Positions 12,782 through 24,272 of a stretch of DNA of 64,000 bases are shown here, in pieces (positions within the stretch are counted from its first letter, which is position 1; each line of letters begins with the position of its first letter). Origin of the DNA: Lingula anatina (taxonomy: Eukaryota > Animalia > Brachiopoda). The notes under the pieces are model-generated. The model worked only from the letters and a program-made list of their open reading frames with translations. It had not been told where the DNA came from and searched no databases. The position numbers and the translations under genes are program-made. The DNA lies in assembly GCA_051362555.1 (NCBI GenBank), contig CM120640.1, forward strand, positions 17,794,001-17,858,000, written 5' to 3'.

Positions 12782-14417
12782 TTAAACTCTGTGCTGTAGA
12801 AGAATTATTCCAACCCTTTCTCTCTAAAACTTCCAGAGACTAGACACTGCAGTTACCATTTGATGAGCTGTGAAGGCAGACATTTAAGTGAGAAAGATCA
12901 TAGTTGTGAGGGTCAGTGATGTAAGATCACCTGTTGCACTGAAGTGACTTGAAAAGGGGTGCCTGCAGGTTAATTGCCTTGGTTGTAGTGCCCGGTTTTT
13001 ATTCATTATTTGAAAAGTAAATTTTATATGAAGTTAAAGATGCATTTAATGTAAAATTTTTGCAACAGAAGCTCACCAAATGCTACAGTATAGTTTCAAA
13101 TAGTATAACTTGGAGAAGTACCAAAGGATGCCATTTCATATTATCTGAAAAATATTTGATTGGATATTTTTTGCTTTCTTTTTGTGCTGTATATAACTGG
13201 CATAAGCAGGTCAATTTTTGACAAAAAATTGGAAGGTGGAGTTTTTAAGCTCTTTAATGGCTGATGTAGTGGTTTATCCCTTCACATGTAGACATAATTT
13301 AAGTCATATAAGAAACAAGTAGAAGTGGTTTAATATATGCATTATTGGGAATTTACATTTTGTTCAAATGTGTCTTTAAGATTGTTAAGACCATAAAGAA
13401 CCTGCCAAAATTTCCCCTATCCTGTCTCAAGTCTGAAATATATTTTTCTGCTTCACTTGGTTCATCAGAATATGAAAATAATTTAGCTTTCCCTTATGTA
13501 ATTTGATTGCATAGTAGTTGAAGCAAGAAACTGCAATAACAAAAGCATTTTAGCAGAGATGAAGTAACCTACCTAATTTTTTAAAGAAAGTCAGAAATAT
13601 ACAGTGTTAAAAATGTGACAAAGATATGCTTTTCAGATTTCAGTCAACAAGTTGAGAAAAGGTGACTTTTTCCCATTTACCTCATGCTGTGTAATTTTAG
13701 GGCATTTTAGTAAACTGGTTTCGTCTTCCATCAAGGAGAGGCGTGTTTCACTCACATTTTTTTTGTTTTACACAGGTTATTACTGTAACAATAGGAAAGG
13801 AATGCAACTGAAATAGTACTCTTGAGTGCTACCATTTTGTCAGCAGTGGTGTCAGGGGTTTTCACCTCCTACTTCTACTCTACTAAAGGATCATCAGGTC
13901 TTGAATTACACTGGTTATGAGTCAAATAGCAGTTTGTATTTCAAATAGCATTTGTTGAATGGTATTTTTATGGTGGCACATTTTTATTTCATTTTTATGG
14001 TGGTAAACTTAAAGTAACTGTTCATTGCCACTGCTTAATTGAATTGGTTCTTATACTGCAGATAGTTGAATTTGATTCCCATTTTATGTTGTCAATGGTT
14101 AATAGTGTGTTCAATCTTGCCAATTTGTTGAAGAAATCCAGAAAAATGTGATATTATAAGTTATTTGGTTTTGAATTGTAATAATAGATTACCTCATTTT
14201 CAATAATTCCCGAGCATTATATTTTAGGAGAACTGGGACTTTTGTATCAATATCATTGTGCCTGCTAATTGTGCAACAAGGCAGTAGTCAGAAGGAACTG
14301 TATGAATGTGTTAGGTGTGTAACTGCAGGGTGTGATGGACAGTGTTGGCCATACTCTGGGCCGCAAGGATTAGGATAGTGAAACTTGAATTTGTGACTGT
14401 CAGAATTTATTTTTAAC

Positions 14418-14423
14418 AATAAA
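14418..14423 (+). promoter_or_regulatory. Candidate FRS2 polyadenylation signal (AATAAA), implying a 3'UTR of about 3.5 kb
   Basis: AATAAA followed by a T/GT-rich stretch (tttatgttaatttatgtgt), just before the convergent end of cry. Confidence 0.45.
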
Positions 14424-15209
14424 CCAACGTGCTAAGAATATGCTTTATGTTAATTTATGTGTAACACACGCAAAGGCATTATCATACAAAATTGTGTGAT
14501 AATTATGGTGTTCTCATTCTCAATGAAACCAACGTTCTATGTAGATCAGTCCACCTTCATAGGGACTCCAACTGAATGCAATCAGTTTAACAAATTAACA
14601 TGCTTCCTAATCTTTGATGTACTCATGTAATTACCAGCTTTTCTGTATCCTACTCGATGCTGGGAGGAGGCGGGTAAATCAGAGAATGGCACTGCGTTCA
14701 TAGAATGATAGTTTCATTAGTAATGAGCCCAATTAAAATTGTGAACATGCTTAATAACATCTCTATTGCTGTAGGGGGCATTGCAGTATTCCCTTAAATA
14801 TTTTCATGAAAAAAAAATTGCTAAGTTTTAGATGAAAAATTTGTAAGGATTTCAAATTTTCTTTTAACCCAGATTTTCCCTGTTGAATTGACAAGAAAGT
14901 GCAAGATAAGATTTCATAAATTATTTTTGCACAAAGTGGGTACAAAAACATGTTTTCAGTCTCCTGTGCTTTGCTTCTTTCTACCAATTTTGGAATCTGC
15001 GACGTACTCCTGTGCTATATGCAAAAAATTAGTTGGCATTCACCCATCCCCCAACTTTTTGTCTCTTTGAGATGGTGTTGTTTTAAATAATCACTTGTTC
15101 GTTACCTAAACAAATAACTTCAGAGTTCTAGCAGCTCATGCACTGGTCTTGAACATCCCATAAAGCTGAAATAGCCAAAAGACAAAACAACACTAGGTAA
15201 AGAATAATG

Positions 15210-15215
15210 TTTAAT
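15210..15215 (-). promoter_or_regulatory. Candidate cry polyadenylation signal (ATTAAA)
   Basis: ATTAAA on the minus strand, followed by GT-rich gtgttgttttgtc (15181-15193). Confidence 0.45.
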
Positions 15216-16689
15216 AGATCTAATGGGTTTGTATTACACATAATATCTTTTTCATCACTGCCATTTGTTCTTAGCAGATTTGAAGGCAATCAAGAATCTA
15301 TCCTTATTCAAAATGTCTTGGGAATTTAAATGAATCACAAGTAACTATATTTACACAAAACATTAAAAACACTTAGTGGGAAATGATAACATACCTCTGT
15401 AATACACAAAATAGACTAAAGTATACAGATATGAATAAATTTCCTTCTAAAATTTAAGTACTCCATTTCAACGTCGGAGTCTTACATTTCCTTTTTTGGA
15501 TTTTAAAGTGACTGCACTTCTACCCATCACAAGGATAATGGGTCTTAGCAGTTGTAACTAGAAAAATTCCATGGGTCCCAAACTTTTAAAAAATTTTCAT
15601 GAATTTCTTCAATGCTACGAAGTGCTTACCTGTTTAAAAATGATTTTTTTTCATTTGGTCAGTCTTCTAGCTGTAGACTATTTGCATGCACAAAGCTAGA
15701 AGACATTTCCAGGATAAATAATTCAACTATGAAGTCTAAACTAAAATGTATGGTGGGGATGAGTCAGTGACAATGTCTACTAAAAGAAGATTTAAAAGAT
15801 TTATGAAAATAGAAAGACTGCATTTATATGTTATAACAATTATCATAATCATGGTGTATACCACATAGATAATTCATTCCAGTTTGTATCAGTTACACTT
15901 GCCTGTCTTACCAGTCTGCTCTGCTGTCTTTCTTTCCTAAATATAAATCTTTTTTTCACAATTATTGTGTACATCTATGTACAATTTTAAAATAAGGATT
16001 TGCACGTTTTCAAACATAAAGGTATAGACAAATAAATAATTAAATAAACACACTATGAAGTGCTCTTGACAATTCTATTATTTAAACGAAAACACTTAAA
16101 GTATTCCTCTACATAAAACTTTGCAACTTATTAAAAATCCCAAAAAGGTGTGTCTGCTTAAACTTGGGACACCTTGACAATTTTGATATTTCCTCATGTA
16201 CAGTTTGCAAAGTTTTGTAAAATAAACTTAAGTGCAAGTATAAAGACAGCACCTACTGTCACACAATAACTGTACTACCTAACACTTAGTAAAAGACTTA
16301 GGTAAACAATTACCATGTAAATAGCTGCCCAGGGTTCTACACAATGTTACATTTGATACTGGAGAGATTTCAGTATGCGCTAAGATGATACACTCTCTCT
16401 TGATAACATAATTAATTCTTACCACATTTGATATGACACTTTTGATTTTAAAATCAGAGTATTTCATTTTACTTTCATATCATGGCGCAACAATAACTAA
16501 TACAACTCAAAGTCATCTACTTTAGTATGCTTAATTCTAAGCTGTAGTTACTGTAGCCATAGGGGGGTCTCCCATGATGCTAAAGTGAAAAAGCCATCAA
16601 TATCCTGACTCACAAGCAAACCCCTACAAGGCTTCAGTACTGCATCTACTGTAGTTCTTGATTTGATTCCCTTTGCAGCAAAAAAAAAA

Positions 16690-16703
16690 AATAAATAAAT
16701 AAA

Positions 16704-16734
<31 letters not shown>

Positions 16735-16768
16735 AAAAATAAATAAAAAATAAGAAAAATAAATAAAA
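16690..16768. repeat. (AAAT)n imperfect microsatellite in the cry 3'UTR, read as (UUUA)n in the mRNA
   Basis: Run of AAAT units following an A-tract. Confidence 0.9.
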
Positions 16769-16911
16769 CAAGAATCTTGTTAGTCTTTTCTTTATAATAC
16801 ACTGTCCTCCCTTAACCTCTCTCTTTTAACTCTGAATCTTCGTCATGCTCCATCACCCTTTGTCTCGCTATCTGCCCTGCTCTGCCTCACTCTTTACCCT
16901 TCGCAGAGTCA

Positions 16912-19900
16912 CTATCCATCCTCCTCTGTGCTTGTTCCTGCAGTATGGTGCTGATGTTGGATCATTTTCTCCTTGGACAACATAGCAGCTTTAGAGGGAT
17001 GGTGGTGAGATGTGCGATATGCTGGAACTGAAAAAAAATTATACGATAGCAATTTGAAATAATATTTTCAAGTCCATTTGGTTGTTTTTCCAAAAATACA
17101 TTATGAAATTCAACATACTTACGTATCTTTATATATATATCAGTGTTAAGTATTCCTGATGGTCTCCCCACCTCCACATGCGCCGTCACTGCAGGGGCCT
17201 AGCAATTAACCCTCGGAGCAGAGATTTAATCCGTTTAAAGGAGCGTGTGGAGTCAGGGAGACAATCAGGAATCAGCGGAGGCGCTTTTGAACTGTGGTCC
17301 CTCTATTTAGTCAGCGGATCAGTAAGTACTCGAATCATCCATTCTGAATGGGGCTTAAGATGGTTACATCTTGTGATGTATGATAGATTCAACTTTTTGC
17401 AAAAAATTGGAAAGCATTCTTGGTCCAGATAATTTTAATGTGTATCTAAATTAAATGTTTACAAAATCCAAGTAGCAAAGCTATCTCCCTGGTTATTTAT
17501 AACTGGGGCTGTTTTTAATATTTCAACATTACACATAAGTCATTGGCTAAAAACTACTATAATTTTTAAAAAAAAAAAAGGATGACACTAAGATTTTTTC
17601 TCATATATTTATCACTGCTTAAACCTAAATGTTAGTCCCAGTGGTCATCATCATGTGAATGCAAGTGTGGAAACTGAAAATAATATTATCAGTTAAACAT
17701 CGAATTTAAAACATAAGAGAAAAAAAAAGAATAAATCTAAACCATACCAGTTCTGGAAATCCTGAAGAAGATATGTTGGTAGACCTGTTTCATTCTCTCC
17801 ATGTTTATGTGACTGACCTCAGCATGGTTAACCATAGGAAGAGGGTAGTCCTTACCAATGATGCACTTGGCCATCTTCTGGACATGTTCTGGGGCATTCC
17901 ATGGGTCATAAATATACTTAGCAGGAAAGCCCTTCAGTGCTGGGATGTATTTCCTGTGAATAAAGGTGTTTTATAATCGGAAGAGAAACTTCAATGGTAC
18001 ATTTTTGCTTTGTTCAATAATTGGAATAATGTGGCAAGAGAGAGTCACCTGAAATGTTATCAGAATGGTACAGCGCGAGGAGGTTTGATTAGTATTATAA
18101 CAGCACAGGAACCCATTTAGCCATAAAACAATTATTGAAGGTGGGGCTTGATCAGGCCCACAGAACACCCATGTGTGCATGGGGGTTCCTAAAAAGTCCA
18201 AGGCTACATATAAAGAAAGTAAGAATACTCTTACCTATAAAAACTGCTAAAACGGGGAATAAACTGGTGGATATATGTCGATCTTGGGGATTCGAATCTA
18301 TTGAGATGTCCTCCTCCTTTTGAGAATCAGCTGTGCTGGGAGAAAGTGCTTGTGCCACGTGACTGAATACCTACCCATGATTGGAGGAGTTCTTCACACG
18401 GGCAGGATTATGATAATCAGATGACTCCCTCACGCAGGGTCTTTGTCTTATAAACCCAATTATTGCTTGGGCGATAATTGATCTTATATCAGCTAAATAA
18501 AACAAGGTGTGCTGGCAAATAAAATTGGACATTAAACAAAATAATGAAAATTGTTTTTCACATCCCCAGATATTTACAGAACAGTTAGGTGAAAACAAAA
18601 ACACTGATAAAAGCAAGAAAACTGTGCACTTTGACATAAAAACAGCACAAACTCAGTACCTGACAAAATCTCCATTAGGGTCTGCCATCTTTCCAAACCC
18701 TACAGGACAGTAGCACTGAAAGAACTGTTGGAAAAATGAACTGCAGGAAAGCCACATCCACATGCCAGCATTCATACTCCAGTCTGTATCCAACAGAAAC
18801 TCATCAAACACCTGGGACAAAGGAAACAGCAATCAGACAGGTCTCTCATTGCACACCATGACTTCAACACAATGCATCCAACTGTAATCTATTGCACAGC
18901 CATATGGATCAATTATAGATGTAATGCACTACAACTGATATAATACGCTTGCATGTACTTGCATAACTACCACATCAGTATCAAAAATTTGCCAAAAGGC
19001 AGATGAAATTTATAAATCCCATAAAAAAATCCCACAAGAAGTTACTTTCATATAAACCCTTATTCAACGGATATTAGCTATGCAAGTTCAAGATAGACAA
19101 ACCTTCATGCCTTCCTCCCAAGAGATCCACAGATTACCGCGTGTAAGAAAGCAGGCCACAGCATGGCGGGCTAAGTGATGAATCCAACCTTCTTGCCGCA
19201 GCTGGATCATTATAGCATCTATCCATGGAAAACCAGTTTTACCCTTAAATAAAAAAGTGAAAAAAAAAGTAAATTCTGTAGATTAATTATGTGTGTGCTA
19301 CAGCTGTGTACAAGTCTAGCATCTTTCCAACAGAGACCATGCCTTACAAATTTGCTTGATAATTTCTTTACCCAAAGAAAGGATTCCCAAATCACCAATA
19401 ATGTCGCTACTTGCATATTTGAGCTAAAAATATAATTATAGTAACATTATAATCATGGAACATAAGGCAAAAGAAACTAGTGTGATACCAGAATACTCAG
19501 TTCAATGGGAGCACATGAGCATCACATCTTTTTCTGGGTCCTTTAGGAATCCAGAAAGAGAAAATTACTGAGAAGGAAAGGGAGGAAGAAAGTTACCTCA
19601 GCCCATTTAGCTAGTGCTATAGCATTTCTATCCCATGGTATTTGTATGCACACAGGATTGCCCACCATTCTATCAAACTTTGGATTATTTGTGGCAACCA
19701 CATAGAAGAACTCCCTCCACAGCAGCTGTCCAAAAAGTGAAACTGGTGGGTCACTTCTTTTCTTTACCTGTTAAATATATAATAAAAGTCTGCTAAAGAT
19801 GACAAATGTACAGCCCAGAATGCACGAAGACTGAAAAGGTAAGCCTCTTTCGGTTTTTACACTTAGAAATTATTATTATCATTAAGTAAACTTTAGTAAT

Positions 19901-22900
19901 TTCAATAAATCATTTTTGACATACCCAAGCATTGTTCAAAACAAAATTCAAAATGTTATTTGTGCAGAAATTGTAATGTAACAACATAAAGACAGTCTGA
20001 CACTACAGGAAAGAAAATTACCGTTGGTTGTGTTGGATGCTGTACATAACTTAACAATTAGTAATACTATCTTACCCGTCTGTATAACTCTGTCAACTTC
20101 CAGTGGAACAGTCTCACTGATAAGCATCCAAATCTGAGGTATGGACTGACACCTGTCTGGTTGCTCATCAAGGACTGGGGGGTCATCTTGGGCTTCTCGA
20201 AGCTGGCCACCCAGGCCTGGGGAGAATGGAACATAGTTGAAATATAATATAACTAGGGTCATGTTTCATTTTCATTGTCAACTCTATTTTTTTAACATGA
20301 TAGATAAAGGCGTTGCAGTACCAGTGCTTTTCCGATGTGTACTTCCAAACACATAGTTCATCATGTAAAAGAATTTCTGTCATATTTTATCTTTACTTCA
20401 CATAACACTATTGATTAATATGGAAAAAGATGACATCAGGAACAACTTATACTAATTCAAATGTTTTATTTATTTGGGTTCAATAGAATCAACTTCTCAC
20501 CCTTCCCATAATGTGAAATGTTTATTTGGATTCAGTAGAATCAACTGCTCACCTTTCTCTCCAAGTGTCTGACAAGGCGTGCCAAACCTTCCTGTTCTCC
20601 TCCCTTCCATTCTGCAGGTGCTAAGCCCTCTGTATCAAAGCCTAAAGTGAAAAATAGGCATCACTGTACAGTAGCACCTAATTAAGTGGATGTAAACATA
20701 TCTAAATATCCAAAAGCCCAAATAAAACATTCACTTCCATAAAAAACATGTCCTTGATAAAATTCTACAACTTCAAAAAAAAAATTTTTTTGAGTTGGTT
20801 AGTGTTACTTCATAGTTATTTGAGGCCAGAGAGAACACTTCCTGTGACAATGTGCTGTGACAACGCCTATGCCAAGTAGTGTTAGCTGTGACACTACACT
20901 TAACATGAAAGAACACAAAAACTGAAAATTGAAAGTGCAAAAACCATAATAATTAGGTATCAGCTATTGTACTGTGACAGCCCTTAATTGCTAAAATCCT
21001 TTAAGCCTTCTGGCCCTTTGGGGACAAACAAGTCTAGGAATATAATGTCCCAAAGCAAAAATCGTATCCAAAAATTAAACAAATTGACAAAATTTGACTG
21101 GTTCTGATTAGATTCCAAATGGCAACTGGCACAGAGCCAGAGCTAATATTTGCAGACATCTATGGCTGATCTTACCTAGCTCATCTAGAGTGGGCACTCC
21201 ATATTTCTCATCATGGTCCTCCGAGACCACCGGCAGTGTCCCACGCACCATGTCCGGCGTGATGGGGTCCAGTGCCTTGGGTGGGGGCTCCATGCCAGCA
21301 AATATGGTCTGGAACCTTTTGTATGTGAGTGGTGGTGTCCCCCCATTGAGGTCTATTATTCTGTTGGAAAAAAATGTATTGTGTCACATGTTATTGGGAA
21401 TAACACCCTGTGCTACCATCCTGTTTTAAATGAAAAATAAAAGCAAATAAAATTAACACCCTATGCTTACATCCAATAAAAAGGAACAGCCCATACTAAC
21501 ATCCTATTTGAAAATGATAAATAAAACTCAATGCAAAAAACTTCCTGTAACTGGTACAGGGCTTCAGGCTCATTTTAGTTCAAAGTCACATCCAGAAAAT
21601 GCCAATGAGTTAAAAAATAAAAATTCACAAAAACTGCATAAATTAATCGTAAAAGAATCCATGCATCACGATTACACTGACTGCCACTTAGTGAGAATCC
21701 CTGCTGAGATAGATCAATCCTCCTAGAACAATTGCAATTTCTATTCTAGACACAGCATAAGTCACACAGTTATCCATTTATTGTGTTTACAGTGAAAAAT
21801 ACATGATGATGACAGCGTCACCAACCCCATTTTATGTACAGACAATTAAAGCATGAAAGCATTTGTCTATTTAACTCTTTATTTGCCCTTACCTTTTAGG
21901 ATCATGCAATGTATGCGAGATTCTGCTGATGACAGACACTCCAGCACTTTGTGCTAAACTGATAATAGTAGCATCTCTCTCTTTGCCATATGGCTCAGGG
22001 TCCGTCTCAAAAGACAAATGAGTGGTTTTCCATTCCTAGAATGTAACATGTCAAAAATATCATTTCACAGTTTGCTTCATTTTTGCATGATTCAATAAAC
22101 TAAACTTAACAAAAAGAAACTACTAGTATTTTTCAATGTGTAAAAATTAAAATTAAGATAGCTACAGCTAGGGCACTGTCAACCACAAGTAAACAAAATA
22201 TATGAAGACATTACTAGTATATGCACAGTATATGCCCACAGATAACATTTCCATAGTGTGTACATAAAAATTGGCTGATCAAGGCCCATTTTCTTACATG
22301 GTCTAGAGAGAAAGAAAAACTGAAGTAAAATAGTAAAACGTTCCCCACTCTTTCTCAATCAGCCATCACTGATTGCTTACCTGTTGTCACTACTTCAATT
22401 AGTCCAATTTTCTTGAGTTAACACTCCTGTTAACACTAAACAGTTTCTGATATGTGCAATATATATGTTGAATTAGGTATGAAATATGAAACACCTTGCT
22501 ACACTTTAATTGTTCTAGACTTAAAACAGTAATAAACCTATAACTTCAGTAAGATTTTCAGTGAAGTAATAATTATGTAGAAAATAATGTGTGCTATTAT
22601 TGTTACCTTGAACAATTTTGGAAATACATCTGCTGGCTGCCCACGCACCACAAACAGTCTGGAATTCAACTTTCTCAGACTTGCATCTACATCTTCTAAA
22701 CACTGTAAGAGGAATCTGGAAACAAGTAAATAGGGCACAATTATGTCAAGGTTATGCTTTCTCATCTGGTTAAAAGACAAGGGCAAGGAAATATTGATCT
22801 CATCTATTTAGTTCATCTCGCGTGGGCAGTGTTTTTATCAGTTTGCCATCTATTCAAACTGCACAATTTAAGATACTGTATTTGACAGCAAAACATTAAA

Positions 22901-24201
22901 GGTTTCTACAGACAGTGACATGGTGGACAGCTTTATCACACTTTCTAATCTTTTAAGGAATAGCAGACAAATAAAAGAATTCTCAAAATTAAAATGTATG
23001 GTCTTTGACAGTACTGGAGGCAGTTTTCACCTAGATGTCAACTGTATAGATTTTCCCATTGATTCAAAAAACCATAATCTAACTTTTTAGATATTTATTA
23101 CAATCTCATACTATGCTAAACCACTGTGCATTACCAAAAACTTCATTTTTTTTGCAATATTAAGTGTAGTCCAACTGTGTAAAAGATGCAAGTTTGACAT
23201 ACTTAAGGTATACAGTGGTAATTAATGTGAAACCTTTATTTCAATTAAAAAAAGTTTCCTTCTCCTTGAAATTGAATCTTATCTTCACTTTTAAGAACAC
23301 AACAAATTTGGTCATTGTACATGTATGCAGTCTACTTCATGCAAGTTCACTGACATGTAATTGTATAACACGCGTGATGAGACACATGTGAGTTTTTATA
23401 TAACTACCATGATACCTAAAGTGCCTTTGTACGAGTCTACATAAGAGTATGTCTACTGCAATCCATGAGACAGGTGTCAGATATAGGACATATCTTCTCT
23501 TCACATTGCATATATGTAAGTCAAAGAACTCACATGTACATGAGTACACATCTTATGTAAGCATTTTTTATGTTCATTTTTGACACACTTTCATTTCATT
23601 TCTTCTGAGAAAAGAATTTTACAATATAACAATAATAATCATAATAATAATTCTTTTTAAATATAATAAAAGTATATAAAAAATATTTTAAGGAGGCCTT
23701 CCCCATGCAGAGAGATGTCTACCATCATTTGGATGGCCATTTTTTTTAAATGGCCAATATTTTGATGACCTCTGGACAGCTGGGCTTCCAATATGTTATC
23801 AATATGTTGTCAGGAAATGGCTTGATTTGTCAAGATGGGTGATCGGCCTAGACATACCCAGGGTGATGTTTTCAGATTAATTGATAAAAAGTAAAATGTC
23901 AGAAATCAAAAAGACAATGTTTTTCCAAGCCATGCAGTACTTTCCAAGGCACTTTCAAAACAAGCAGTAACAGAGTAATATCCACAGCAGGTCACAGTCC
24001 CCACAAATGCCCAGAAACCAGATGAAACAGGTATATGCTGTCAATTAATGTTCTGTGGCGTGCTTGATGTCATGCGTAGCTTGGATACGTACATGAGGCA
24101 TTCCCAAGTCAAGAAGCCCATATAGTGATGACAGACAAGTAACAAGAAAAGGAGCGAAGACAACAGGGAAATTTGACACTTGTATTTTTTCCTGCCAACC
24201 T

Positions 24202-24272
<71 letters not shown>

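Noticed and set aside
17268-17343. Box C/D snoRNA-like GATGA...CTGA pattern on the minus strand
   Set aside because: Box C is imperfect and I recognised no rRNA or snRNA complementarity. The splice signals fit a cassette exon better.
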